Source of the DNA: Candidatus Nomurabacteria bacterium RIFCSPLOWO2_01_FULL_42_17
GTDB lineage: Bacteria > Patescibacteriota > Minisyncoccia > Phycocordibacterales > UBA9973
Assembly (NCBI GenBank): GCA_001785985.1
Contig: MFVE01000005.1
Location: 16,556-80,555 of the forward strand
DNA: 64,000 nucleotides
Direction: 5' to 3'
Positions within the stretch are counted from its first letter, which is position 1, and each line of letters begins with the position of its first letter. The position numbers and the translations under genes are program-made. Below are positions 1 through 9,774 of the stretch, in pieces. Under the pieces are notes generated by a model. That model had not been told where the DNA came from. It saw only the letters and a program-made list of their open reading frames with translations, and made no database searches.

Positions 1-691
1 TTAATTTATTCAAATCTAGATTTTTGAAAATAGAATAAATCGCTTCCGCGCCGATATTGGCCTCAAAACAAGTGCCATATTTCAAGGAATAATGATGGAA
101 AGAAATTTCATTTAAAACTTTCCCTTCATAAATTTCTCCTATTTCTTTTTTGGTGATGGAAAGCAGATTTTTCAATTTCTCCCGAGTGTCATCGTTGTTG
201 GCATTTTTAAATTTAACTTTATATTCTTTTTCTAGGCCAGTGATGACGGCTTCTTTCTCGGCCTCATGAACTTTAGTGATAATATAGCCAGCAAAATAGA
301 TCACCTTTTCAAGGTCTGAAACAGATATATTCAGCAAGATGCTCATGCGAGAAGGCACTCCGCGCAAAAACCAGATATGCGACACCGGCGTAGAGAGCTC
401 GATATGCCCCATGCGTTCACGGCGAACGATCGAGCGAGTCACTTCGACTCCGCATTTTTCGCAAATAATATCTTTATAACGGATTCGGCGATATTTTCCG
501 CAGTAACATTCATAATCTTTTTCCGGCCCGAATATTTTCTCGTCAAAGAGGCCTCCGCGCTCACTTCTGCCAGTGCGATAATTTATAGTCTCGGGCTTCG
601 TTACCTCACCGTATGACCACTCCTTGATTTGTTCAGGGGAAGCGAGTCGTAGCGCGATCGAATCAAATTCAGTTGTGTTTAAGGTTTTCAT
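1..691 (-). CDS. rpoC: DNA-directed RNA polymerase subunit beta' (N-terminal part; gene continues beyond window start)
   Basis: Reverse translation from an ATG at 689-691 gives [41 protein letters not shown]...[23 protein letters not shown]...RERMGHIEL, matching the rpoC N-terminus including its Zn-finger. It lies 7 nt downstream of the rpoB stop, the canonical rpoB-rpoC order. Confidence 0.9.
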   Translation of the reverse strand, partial: MKTLNTTEFDSIALRLASPEQIKEWSYGEVTKPETINYRTGRSERGGLFDEKIFGPEKDYECYCGKYRRIRYKDIICEKCGVEVTRSIVRRERMGHIELSTPVSHIWFLRGVPSRMSILLNISVSDLEKVIYFAGYIITKVHEAEKEAVITGLEKEYKVKFKNANNDDTREKLKNLLSITKKEIGEIYEGKVLNEISFHHYSLKYGTCFEANIGAEAIYSIFKNLDLNKL

Positions 692-698
692 ATGATTT

Positions 699-3600
699 TT
701 ATTCTTTGCTTACGCCTTTTCTTAAATTCACATCAAGCGCTAGACCTCTTAAATAATTTAAGAGCACATTGAATGACGCGGGAGAATTCGGCGGTCTGAT
801 TTTTTCATTTTTAATAATAGAATCAAAAGTCGCGGATCTACCGAGAATGTCGTCAGATTTGATCGTGAGCATTTCACGCAGTGTGTACGCCGCGCCGTAA
901 CCTTCGAGCGCCCAGACTTCCATTTCTCCGAATCTCTGTCCTCCGCCTTGAGCTTTTCCGCCGAGAGGCTGTTGAGTAATGAGCGAATAAGGCCCGATAG
1001 AACGCATGTGAATTTTGTCTTCCACCATGTGGTGCAGTTTGAGCATATACATACAACCGACAGCCACATCTTGCTCGAAAGCTTCTCCGGTGCGTCCGTC
1101 AAAAAGTTTTAATTTTCCATTCTCTGGCAAACCTGCCTTTACTAACTCTTCCTTTATCTCCTCATGCTTGGCCCCGAGAAATGGCGGAACAATCGCCTGA
1201 TAATTGAGAGTGTTCGCGGCCATGCCGAGATGCATTTCTAAAATTTGTCCCAAGTTCATACGAGAAGGAACACCGAGAGGCGAAAGAATAATATCAATTG
1301 GTGTACCATCCGCCATATAAGGCATATCTTCCTCCGGCAGAATGGTGGAGATGACTCCCTTGTTTCCATGTCTTCCGGAAAGCTTGTCGCCCACGGAAAT
1401 ATTTCTGATCTGGGCAACTTCGATGACAATCTTTTTTATAATCCCCGCTTCGAGCGTGTGTCCGAGGTCACGAGAAAAGATCTTTACTCCAATGATGCGT
1501 CCGCGTTTGCCGTGTTCTACTCGCAGTGACGTATCTTTGACATCACGCGCTTTTTCCGCAAAGATCGAACGCAAAAGCCGTTCTTCTGGAGTCAGTTCCG
1601 TCTCGCCTTTGGGAGTAATCTTGCCGACTAAGATGTCATTTTCTCTCACTTCCGCTCCAATGCGGACAATTCCGTCTTCATCGAGATCTTTGAGCTTGAG
1701 TTCGCCGACATTTGGTATGTCACGAGTGGTGATTTCAGGGCCAAGTTTCGTATCACGAACCACGCAAGTAAATTCCTCGACGTAAACGGAAGTAAATTTA
1801 CTCTTTTTGACTAAACGTTCAGAGACGATGATCGCGTCCTCATAAGTTGAACCAGACCAAGAGAGAAAAGCCACCAGAATATTTTGTCCGAGAGAAATTT
1901 GTCCGCCGACGGTGCTACTCGTATCGGCCAATATATCGCCTTTTTTTATTTTATCCCCCACATTTACGAGCGGGCGCTGGTGGAATACGGCAAAGTTGTT
2001 ATTCCTCATAAAATTAATCAGATTATAAGTTTTGTCCCCGCCCGCATGACTCGCGTCAGCGTGTCGGGCAGGTTTTTTCTCCCCGCCTGCAACGCTATGC
2101 GTAGCATTGCGGGCAGGTGATTTGCCTTCTACCACTATCTTTTTCGCATCTAAGTAAGAGACAACCCCGTCTTCGGTTGCGATAACTAATCGCCCTCCGT
2201 CTCGCGCCGCCAACTCTTCAATACCGGTCGCAACCAGCGGAGCTTCCGGCAAAACGCAAGGTACAGCTTGCTTCTGCATGTTTGATCCCATTAAGGCTCG
2301 GTTCGCATTGTTGTGTTCCAAAAATGGAATCATCGAAGTGGCGATAGAGAAAGCTTGATTGGGAGAGACGTCAATAAAATCAACTTCCTCTCGAGAAATT
2401 TCTCCTGGTTCTGTCTTGATTCTGGCTTCAACTTTTTCTTTGGTTATCTTGCCGGACTCATCATAAGGAATTCCCGCATGCGCAATGTTATATTTTTCTT
2501 CCTCTAGCGCATTTAAATAAACCACCTCGTCAGTCAACTTGCCATTCTTGACTTTGATATAAGGAGTTTCGATAATTCCGAAGTCATTAATCTTGGCATA
2601 AGTGGCAAGGTGTAAAATAAGTCCGATGTTTGGACCTTCCGGAGTATGAATCGGGCAGACTCGGCCGTAGTGCGAAGGGTGCACATCGCGGACTTCCAGC
2701 CCCGCGCGTTCGCGTGTGAGACCTCCGGGTCCGAGCGCGGAGAGGGTGCGCAGATGCTCTATTTCATAAAGCACATTTTCTTGCGCCATAAATTGAGAAA
2801 GCTGGTTGGTAGTGAAAAATTCTTTGATGCGAGCTTGAAGTGGACGCTGATTGATGATCGCGATCGGCATCGCGGTATCGACATCAATAATAGACATGCG
2901 GTCTTGGATATTTCGCTTTATCTGCATCATACCAGTGCGAACTTTTTGCTGTAAAATTTCTCCGACAAAACGCACGCGCCTCTGGCCCAAGTGATCGATG
3001 TCGTCCGCCTTGGCGTCGGCTGTATTGTTCAAAGAAATAATGTGCGCAATAACTGTCGCTAAATCTTCCTTGGAAATTGTGCGGCGCGCCATCTCGGCTT
3101 CATCCATCCCCTTGCCGAAACGTTGGTTGAATCTGAATCTTCCGACTGGAGAAAGATCATATCGTTCAGCCGTAAATAATGAATTGATGAATTCTTTGGC
3201 ATTGTCCGCAGTGGCCATATCGCCGTCTCGGAGACGTTTGTAAATTTCAATATAGGCCTCATTTAAAGTCTTGATCCCGTCTTTGGAGAGAGTTGTTTTA
3301 ATAATTCCCTCTGCCGTAGCATCCCCGCCTGCATCGATTTGCGAAGCATTGCGGGCAGGCTTTGAAAAAGCCTTGACGATCGCCTCGTCGGTCTCATAAC
3401 CCATCGCGCGTAGTAGCGCGGTCGCCGGGAATTTTCTCTTTTTGTCTATTCTGATATAAATTCCTCCATCCGCTTCGGATTCTATCTCGATCCAAACTCC
3501 GCGAGCTGGGATGATCTTGGCGCCGAAATATCTGTTACCCTTGCTTTCAGATTCCGTAAAGAAAACTCCGAAACTGCGCGCGAGTTGCGGCACAATCACG

Positions 3601-4004
3601 CGTTCTACGCCGTTAATGATAAAAGTTCCGTGCGAAGTCATCAAAGGAAACTCAGACATAAAAATCTCTTGTTCTTTCACTGTGCCTAAAATTTTATTCG
3701 TCAATTTTACTCGCGCCTTCAGCAACCCTTGGTAAGAGAGCTTGTTGATTTTTGAATTATTTTCGTCCATCTTCGACTCACCGAGAGAAAAAGAAGTGAA
3801 TTCGAGTTGAAACTTTTTACCGGAATAATCATTGATAGGAGAAAATTCTTTGAAAACTTCGCCAATACCCTCTTCTATCAGCCACTTAAAAGATTTGATC
3901 TGCGCTTCGATCAAATTTGGAAATTCTACTAGCGGTTTTTTATACCTTGAAAAATACTTCTTCGGACGCTTGGTTATTGTATGCATATTGCTTGATCCAA
4001 ACAA
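699..4004 (-). CDS. rpoB: DNA-directed RNA polymerase subunit beta
   Basis: 1101-aa ORF with RpoB hallmarks throughout (…[37 protein letters not shown]…). Confidence 0.97.
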   Translation of the reverse strand: MFGSSNMHTITKRPKKYFSRYKKPLVEFPNLIEAQIKSFKWLIEEGIGEVFKEFSPINDYSGKKFQLEFTSFSLGESKMDENNSKINKLSYQGLLKARVKLTNKILGTVKEQEIFMSEFPLMTSHGTFIINGVERVIVPQLARSFGVFFTESESKGNRYFGAKIIPARGVWIEIESEADGGIYIRIDKKRKFPATALLRAMGYETDEAIVKAFSKPARNASQIDAGGDATAEGIIKTTLSKDGIKTLNEAYIEIYKRLRDGDMATADNAKEFINSLFTAERYDLSPVGRFRFNQRFGKGMDEAEMARRTISKEDLATVIAHIISLNNTADAKADDIDHLGQRRVRFVGEILQQKVRTGMMQIKRNIQDRMSIIDVDTAMPIAIINQRPLQARIKEFFTTNQLSQFMAQENVLYEIEHLRTLSALGPGGLTRERAGLEVRDVHPSHYGRVCPIHTPEGPNIGLILHLATYAKINDFGIIETPYIKVKNGKLTDEVVYLNALEEEKYNIAHAGIPYDESGKITKEKVEARIKTEPGEISREEVDFIDVSPNQAFSIATSMIPFLEHNNANRALMGSNMQKQAVPCVLPEAPLVATGIEELAARDGGRLVIATEDGVVSYLDAKKIVVEGKSPARNATHSVAGGEKKPARHADASHAGGDKTYNLINFMRNNNFAVFHQRPLVNVGDKIKKGDILADTSSTVGGQISLGQNILVAFLSWSGSTYEDAIIVSERLVKKSKFTSVYVEEFTCVVRDTKLGPEITTRDIPNVGELKLKDLDEDGIVRIGAEVRENDILVGKITPKGETELTPEERLLRSIFAEKARDVKDTSLRVEHGKRGRIIGVKIFSRDLGHTLEAGIIKKIVIEVAQIRNISVGDKLSGRHGNKGVISTILPEEDMPYMADGTPIDIILSPLGVPSRMNLGQILEMHLGMAANTLNYQAIVPPFLGAKHEEIKEELVKAGLPENGKLKLFDGRTGEAFEQDVAVGCMYMLKLHHMVEDKIHMRSIGPYSLITQQPLGGKAQGGGQRFGEMEVWALEGYGAAYTLREMLTIKSDDILGRSATFDSIIKNEKIRPPNSPASFNVLLNYLRGLALDVNLRKGVSKE

Positions 4005-4157
4005 GGCGATAAAATGCGAAAGAAAAACAGACGAAAAAATGCTTTTCTTCAGCTTCTTATGCTTTATTTAGAAATGATTAAGTTAAAACCCTAGTAATAT
4101 AAACCTATAATACACACAGGATTCCATCCGATACTCAATCAATGAATCTCAAGTAGC

Positions 4158-4835
4158 CTACTCTATTTCGTAATTTTTGTCAACTCTTTTCTTCCACTCT
4201 TCTATTTTTTTATGATTTCCAGAAAGTAGAACTTTTGGAACTTTGTAGTTTTTGTTTTTGTATTTCAAAACTTCCGGACGGGTATAGACTTCACTACTAG
4301 AGACTCTTTCTTCTTCTAATGATTCATATTTACCCAAAACTCCGGGAATCTGCCGAGAAATAGAATCAATCAAAACCATGGCTGGAAGTTCTCCACCAGT
4401 CAATACATAATCCCCTATCGAAATCTCTTCTGCGCGCAATATTTTTTGCACTCGAGCATCTATGCCTTCATATCTACCGGAAATCAGAATTATGTCCGTA
4501 TATTTCTTGGCAGAAGTTTTCGCGTATTTTGTCGTGAATTTTTTACCACTGGTTGAGAATATAATAGTTTTTAGCTTGTAGCTTGTAGCTTGTAGCTTTT
4601 TATAAATAGCTTGAACAGCTTTCAAAATAGGTTCAGCGCGCATAACCATTCCGGGCCCCCCGCCATAAGGCTTGTCGTCTACTGGCTTGTAATTATTTTT
4701 GGGTGCTTTTATAAAATCTCTAGGATTATAAAAAAGAATTTTAATCTTTTTATCCTTGATCGCCCGCCCAATAATAGATTCTCTTAAATAAGAATCAAAC
4801 ATCTCCGGAAAAATTGTGATTATATGAAAACGCAC
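4158..4835 (-). CDS. trmD: tRNA (guanine37-N1)-methyltransferase
   Basis: MRFHIITIFPEMFDSYL…YGGGPGMVM… is the TrmD SPOUT fold. It contains an in-frame AGCTTGT x3.5 repeat insert. Confidence 0.9.
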   Translation of the reverse strand: MRFHIITIFPEMFDSYLRESIIGRAIKDKKIKILFYNPRDFIKAPKNNYKPVDDKPYGGGPGMVMRAEPILKAVQAIYKKLQATSYKLKTIIFSTSGKKFTTKYAKTSAKKYTDIILISGRYEGIDARVQKILRAEEISIGDYVLTGGELPAMVLIDSISRQIPGVLGKYESLEEERVSSSEVYTRPEVLKYKNKNYKVPKVLLSGNHKKIEEWKKRVDKNYEIE

Positions 4836-5191
4836 TAGATTCCTTTCAAATCTTCCATCGCTTCGTCCACTGTCTTCATCGAAATGGGAGCGCTTGCACT
4901 ATTTGCCCCCACTGATCTATCTGATCTCTCTGGTCTGGTGCTTCCCTCTGGTTCGTTGATTTTCAAATTAACGCGAGCATTATTTTTCATACCGATGATT
5001 CGCAAAAGAGTGCGGATAGCTTTCGCCGTGTTTCCCATTCTTCCGATGATCTTGCCCATGTCCGCCGGATTAACGGTTAGCGTTATCAGCACGCCCATTT
5101 CATCCACAGTCCTCTCAATCTTTATATCGTTCGGATTGTCGACAAGAGCTTTAACTACGTATTCCAGAAATACCTTATCTGCTTCTTCCAT
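4835..5191 (-). CDS. KH-domain RNA-binding protein (YlqC/UPF0109-like) with C-terminal extension
   Basis: GKIIGRMGNTAKAIRTLL is the KH GXXG loop. It sits between rpsP and trmD as in the conserved rpsP-ylqC-(rimM)-trmD cluster. Confidence 0.7.
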   Translation of the reverse strand: MEEADKVFLEYVVKALVDNPNDIKIERTVDEMGVLITLTVNPADMGKIIGRMGNTAKAIRTLLRIIGMKNNARVNLKINEPEGSTRPERSDRSVGANSASAPISMKTVDEAMEDLKGI

Positions 5192-5311
5192 AATATTTTT
5201 CCGCCCAAGGCGGATCAGCCTAGGGCTGAAATTAATCTTTATAATCGTGCAGTGTTACGACTTGGTTAGACTGCCTATCCGTATTGTATCAAACTACTTT
5301 TTCGCTTTCAA

Positions 5312-5349
5312 CCCGGTAGTGAGACTTTTACTAAAGTTCTACTACCGGG
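5312..5349. repeat. Stem-loop CCCGGTAGTgag…ACTACCGGG (member of a GGTAGTGAG hairpin family)
   Basis: Perfect 9-bp inverted arms. Related hairpins occur at 23395-23435 and 29175-29202, each between co-directional minus-strand genes. Confidence 0.6.
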
Positions 5350-5363
5350 TCAATTCTTTTCTC

Positions 5364-5684
5364 TTACTTTTTTGCCTTTAATTCTTTGCGTTTTACCGTC
5401 GGCTTTTTCTTCGGCAGCACATTTACTTTCTTGCCTGCTATTACTTTGTCATGCACTAAAAAATTGTGAACGGTATCGGAAAGTTTCGCACCCTTAGAAA
5501 GCCAATATTTTATTCGGTCATTAACAAAGCTGATTCTTCCGCTCTTGTCTATCGCCTTTGGATTATAAGTGCCAAGCAATTCTAAAAATTTTCCGCTCTT
5601 GGTGCTGTTTTTGGAATCAGTCAAAACCACCCGAAAAGCCGGATCGTTCTTTCTACCTATTCTCTGCAATCTTATTTTTAACAT
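5364..5684 (-). CDS. rpsP: 30S ribosomal protein S16
   Basis: MLKIRLQRIGRKNDPAFRVVLTDS…GTYNP is the S16 signature. Confidence 0.92.
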   Translation of the reverse strand: MLKIRLQRIGRKNDPAFRVVLTDSKNSTKSGKFLELLGTYNPKAIDKSGRISFVNDRIKYWLSKGAKLSDTVHNFLVHDKVIAGKKVNVLPKKKPTVKRKELKAKK

Positions 5685-5817
5685 AAAATGAGTCTATCAT
5701 ATAAAGACGCTAAATTGCAAGACTATTTTAATTTTTATGCTATATTAAAAAGGCCTGTCCCGTTAGAGATAACGGAATTCGCGCTATATTATATAATTAC
5801 TTCACGAAAAAATATTT

Positions 5818-7824
5818 ATGAAAATCTCTAACGGGATGAAAAAAAATCTAAAAAATAACCACCAGAACAGATTGCAGGGCGTTATATCCATTTCCTCAAA
5901 AGGCACTGGTTATGTAGCCGTTGGTGACAAGAAGGACGATCAGGATCCGGAAATTGATGCTAAACATTTGAATACGGCTCTGCATGGAGACCTCGTAGAG
6001 ATAATTCTCCACCCAAAAAGCAAAGGTAGGCAAACAGCGGAAGTTTCAAAAATAATCTCCCGAGCGAAAACTCGTTTTGCTGGAGTTTTAGAGCAGGAGG
6101 GTCATATGATTTTCTTGAAACCGGACGATACAAAAATGTATACGGACATTCTAATTCCGGAGAATATGCTCCACGACGCAAAAGCTGGACAAAAAGTTTT
6201 TGTAGAGATGGTCTCATGGCTTGATCCCCGCAAAGCGCCAGAAGGAAAAGTCACTAAAGTTTTGGGTCAGCCGGGGGACAATGATGCAGAAATGCATGCG
6301 ATCGCGATAGAGAAAGGTTTTGATTCGCAATTGCCAAAAAAAGTTCACGAAGAAGCAGAAAAAATAAAAGCGAGTGGCATCCAAGAGATTGATTACGTAG
6401 GACGAAGGGATTTCAGAAAGACTTTAACCTTTACCATTGACCCATCGGATGCAAAAGATTTTGATGATGCTATATCTTTTAAAGAGCTCCCTCTCCTTAA
6501 CAAGGAGAGGGCGGGGGGTGAGGTGAATTACGAAATAGGGATCCACATCGCGGATGTTTCGCACTATGTGAAAGTTGGTAGCGCCTTAGATATCGAGGCG
6601 CGCGAACGCGGCACTTCGGTTTACTTGGTAGATAGAACCATACCAATGTTGCCAGAGATACTCTCAAACGATTTATGCAGTTTGGTGCCAAATAAAGATC
6701 GGCTCACCATGAGCGCAGTCTTTGTGATAGATAAGAATGCAAAAGTGAAAAGCGAATGGTATGGACGCACGGTCATCCATTCTCAAAAAAGATTCACCTA
6801 TGAAGAAGCCGAAATTTCAATCAATAAATCGGGAACTCCCCTGCATAAAGAATTATCTATTTTGAATAATCTGGCAAAGCTCCTAACGAAAGAAAGATTC
6901 GCGCAGGGCGCCATATCGCTCGATCAAGAAGAGGTAAAATTTGTTTTAGATAAAAACGGAGTGCCAATAAAAGTGGTCAGCAAAGAACGCGGGGATTCGA
7001 ATAGACTGATTGAAGAATTCATGCTTTTGGCAAATAAAAAAGTAGCGGAGGTATTGTCTCCAAAAAAAGTAAAGGGAAGCGAAAAGAAAGACGAAAGCGT
7101 ATCTATATATCGCGTCCACGATCTGCCGAGCAAAGAAAAGATGGCCGACTTGGCATTCTTTCTGCGAAGCTTGGGGCATAAAATAACTCTCCAAGATGGC
7201 ATTATTCCTAGCTCTGAAATAAATCATCTCTTAAAAAAATTGGAAGGCAAGAGTGCAAATGAGACAATCAGAAATACGGTGAGTCGAGCAGTGGTGAGAT
7301 CTATGGCTAAAGCCATTTATTCTACTTTAAACATCGGACATTACGGACTCGCATTCCCCTACTATACACACTTTACTTCTCCGATCAGGCGATATCCGGA
7401 CATCATGATTCACCGATTGCTCTCTGGTTATCTCGCCAAGAAAAAAGTCGGGAAAGACAGACTGCTCGAATATGAAAAAATCGCTAGGATTTCATCCGAG
7501 CAAGAAAAACGCGCCTCGGATGCAGAGCGAGCTTCTATCAAGTACAAACAAGTCGAATATATGAGCAAGCGTTTGGGTGAAAGTTTTGAAGGAGTGATCA
7601 GCGGAATCACAGAATGGGGCATTTATGTGGAAGAAATAGAAACAAAATGCGAAGGCTTGGTGCGGGTGAGAGATCTAAGTGATGATTTTTATGTCTTCAA
7701 TGAAAAGAAACTAGAATTAATGGGCCAAAAAAAGAAAAAAAGGTATCGCTTGGGCGATCGTGTTAAAATCAAAGTAAAAGGTGTTGATTTGGAGCGCAAA
7801 ACTATAGACTATATTTTGATCTAG
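5818..7824 (+). CDS. rnr: Ribonuclease R (cold-shock/OB, RNB and S1 domains)
   Basis: 668-aa protein with RNB catalytic motifs (…DPSDAKDFDDAISF…, HYGLAFPYYTHFTSPIRRYPD) and a C-terminal S1 domain. It carries an in-frame GC-rich palindromic insert at 6487-6527. Confidence 0.9.
   Translation: MKISNGMKKNLKNNHQNRLQGVISISSKGTGYVAVGDKKDDQDPEIDAKHLNTALHGDLVEIILHPKSKGRQTAEVSKIISRAKTRFAGVLEQEGHMIFLKPDDTKMYTDILIPENMLHDAKAGQKVFVEMVSWLDPRKAPEGKVTKVLGQPGDNDAEMHAIAIEKGFDSQLPKKVHEEAEKIKASGIQEIDYVGRRDFRKTLTFTIDPSDAKDFDDAISFKELPLLNKERAGGEVNYEIGIHIADVSHYVKVGSALDIEARERGTSVYLVDRTIPMLPEILSNDLCSLVPNKDRLTMSAVFVIDKNAKVKSEWYGRTVIHSQKRFTYEEAEISINKSGTPLHKELSILNNLAKLLTKERFAQGAISLDQEEVKFVLDKNGVPIKVVSKERGDSNRLIEEFMLLANKKVAEVLSPKKVKGSEKKDESVSIYRVHDLPSKEKMADLAFFLRSLGHKITLQDGIIPSSEINHLLKKLEGKSANETIRNTVSRAVVRSMAKAIYSTLNIGHYGLAFPYYTHFTSPIRRYPDIMIHRLLSGYLAKKKVGKDRLLEYEKIARISSEQEKRASDAERASIKYKQVEYMSKRLGESFEGVISGITEWGIYVEEIETKCEGLVRVRDLSDDFYVFNEKKLELMGQKKKKRYRLGDRVKIKVKGVDLERKTIDYILI
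6487..6527. repeat. GC-rich palindromic element inserted in frame in rnr (CCCTCTCCTTaacAAGGAGAGGG + GGGGGTGAGGTG)
   Basis: Inverted repeat in an AT-rich gene, encoding LPLLNKERAGGEV. Homologous copies occur in ligA (28098-28138) and recG (54194-54230). Confidence 0.8.
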
Positions 7825-7825
7825 C

Positions 7826-9751
7826 ATGTTGAAAAAAATTAAATCGAAAATTAAATTAGGGTTGTGGATAGTATTTCCAATAATTCTGGGCGTTTCGTTG
7901 GCGTCGTTCACATTGCTGGTTTTTAAAAATTTTAATGGAGAAAAAACGATTCAGCCTGAGGGCAACGTAGCGGCAGTAGCACAAGCGGCAGTAGAAGAAA
8001 AACCAAAATATTTCTATTTGAACAAGACAAGTGAGAAACACAGCGAGGAACTCAAAGTCGGGGCCTTGGCATACTTGGTCGGCGACCTAAACACTGGCGA
8101 GGTGATCTTGGCAAAAAATCAAAACCAAAAACTTCCGATTGCTTCGATTTCTAAACTCATGACTGCGCTAGTGACAAATGAGATAATGACATCTGATGAT
8201 ATTGCGCAAGTAAGCAAAAAAGCGCTCCACACCGAAGGCACCAATGGCGAGCTTCGCCTGGGAGAAAAAATAAAAACTTCGGAACTTTTGTATCCACTCC
8301 TTTTGGAATCTAGCAATGACGCGGCCGAAGTGTTGGCGGAGCATTTCGGACGGGATTCTTTTATAAGGAAAATGAATCAGGAAGCGCAAAATCTGAAAAT
8401 GTCTGATACGAAGTACGAAGACCCTAGCGGACTCTCCCCCAACAATCAATCCACCGTTTCTGACATATTCAAACTGGCGGGATATTTGAATCGAGAAAAA
8501 GGAGAACTGCTTTCAATAACAAATAAAAGAAGTTTCTCCAATAAAAAGCACAGCTGGTCGAACATCAGCCAATTCTTGCACAAGGACGGTTACTTCGGAG
8601 GAAAGAGCGGATACACTGACCCCGCCCGAGAGACGGTCGTTTCACTCTTTTCCCTTCCCCTCGCAAAGTCCGGCACTCGCCCCATCGCGATCGCCCTACT
8701 CCACAGCCCCAATCGCTCGAAAGATATATCGAATATTTTAAACTACTTGGAAAAAAATATTTATTACGGGGGAGAAGCTGATGCAAGCACTGATTGGATA
8801 CAGCAAAAAATAGGAGCGCCGAATATCAAAGACCCGGATTTTGTCACGCTGACTTTTGGCGGCGATCTGATGCTCGACCGCGGAGTCAGAGCTTCAGTCA
8901 TAAAAAATTTCAACAACGACTATTCCGCGCTTTTTGAAAAATTAGCAATGCTGAAAAAATCAGACATAGTTTTCGGGAACCTAGAGGGCACCGCTTCGGA
9001 CCAAGGCAGAGATATTCACAATTTATATTCTTTTAGAATGGACCCCGCCGTTGTGCCCGCTATGAGAGGTGCGGGTATTAGTATCCTGTCTGTCGCCAAT
9101 AATCACATCGGAGATTGGGGACGTACTGCATACGTTGATACTCTAGCGCGCTTGAAAGAAAATGAAATACTTTATACTGGCGGCGGAAATAATAAAAAAG
9201 AAGCTGAAACACCTACGATTATCGAAAAACATGGAATGAAAATTGGATTCTTGGGATTCTCGGACGTAGGGCCGAGCTCTATGGAAGCCGGAGTGGACAA
9301 GGCGGGACAACTCCTTGCTAACGACCCGCGTTTTGGTGAAATAATCCAAAATGCTTCGAAACAAGTTGATCATCTTGTAGTTTCTCTCCACTTCGGCGAT
9401 GAATACAAGAACAAGCATAACGCCCGGCAAGAATATTTAGCCCACAAAGCAGTAGATAATGGGGCGAAAATAGTAATAGGACATCATCCACATGTCATAG
9501 AAGATACGGAAATTTATAGCAGAAAAGATTGCACTCACAGTTCGTGCATGAGTTTTATCGCTTATTCGCTCGGGAATTTTATCTTTGACCAATCTTGGAG
9601 CAAGCCCACAATGCAGGGCATGCTTCTCCAGATAAAACTAAGCAAGGACGGCTCGATGACAGCGAAAAAAGATACTGTGCAATTAAATTCCGCCTTCCAA
9701 CCGGATCAAATAATCAAAGACAAGGAAGAAAAAGTTAAGTTTCAGGAATAG
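7826..9751 (+). CDS. Membrane-anchored D-alanyl-D-alanine carboxypeptidase (S11/PBP5-like) fused to a CapA/PGA_cap (poly-gamma-glutamate capsule synthesis, metallophosphatase-like) domain
   Basis: N-terminal TM segment. SxxK (ASISKLM), SxN (ESSND) and KTG-like (GGKSGYT) motifs. The C-terminal half (TLTFGGDLMLDRGV…VANNHIGDWG…SLHFGDEY…GHHPHV) is CapA-like. Confidence 0.7.
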   Translation: MLKKIKSKIKLGLWIVFPIILGVSLASFTLLVFKNFNGEKTIQPEGNVAAVAQAAVEEKPKYFYLNKTSEKHSEELKVGALAYLVGDLNTGEVILAKNQNQKLPIASISKLMTALVTNEIMTSDDIAQVSKKALHTEGTNGELRLGEKIKTSELLYPLLLESSNDAAEVLAEHFGRDSFIRKMNQEAQNLKMSDTKYEDPSGLSPNNQSTVSDIFKLAGYLNREKGELLSITNKRSFSNKKHSWSNISQFLHKDGYFGGKSGYTDPARETVVSLFSLPLAKSGTRPIAIALLHSPNRSKDISNILNYLEKNIYYGGEADASTDWIQQKIGAPNIKDPDFVTLTFGGDLMLDRGVRASVIKNFNNDYSALFEKLAMLKKSDIVFGNLEGTASDQGRDIHNLYSFRMDPAVVPAMRGAGISILSVANNHIGDWGRTAYVDTLARLKENEILYTGGGNNKKEAETPTIIEKHGMKIGFLGFSDVGPSSMEAGVDKAGQLLANDPRFGEIIQNASKQVDHLVVSLHFGDEYKNKHNARQEYLAHKAVDNGAKIVIGHHPHVIEDTEIYSRKDCTHSSCMSFIAYSLGNFIFDQSWSKPTMQGMLLQIKLSKDGSMTAKKDTVQLNSAFQPDQIIKDKEEKVKFQE

Positions 9752-9774
9752 TACTGAGGCAAGACCTCAGTGTT

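Noticed and set aside
377-616. 79-aa plus-strand ORF
   Set aside because: It lies entirely antisense within the well-supported rpoC N-terminal coding region. No motif and no RBS context.
4572-4596. Possible CRISPR array (short repeated AGCTTGT units here and at other loci)
   Set aside because: The units are 7-nt tandem repeats without spacers, lie inside ORFs, and have no cas genes nearby. This is not CRISPR.
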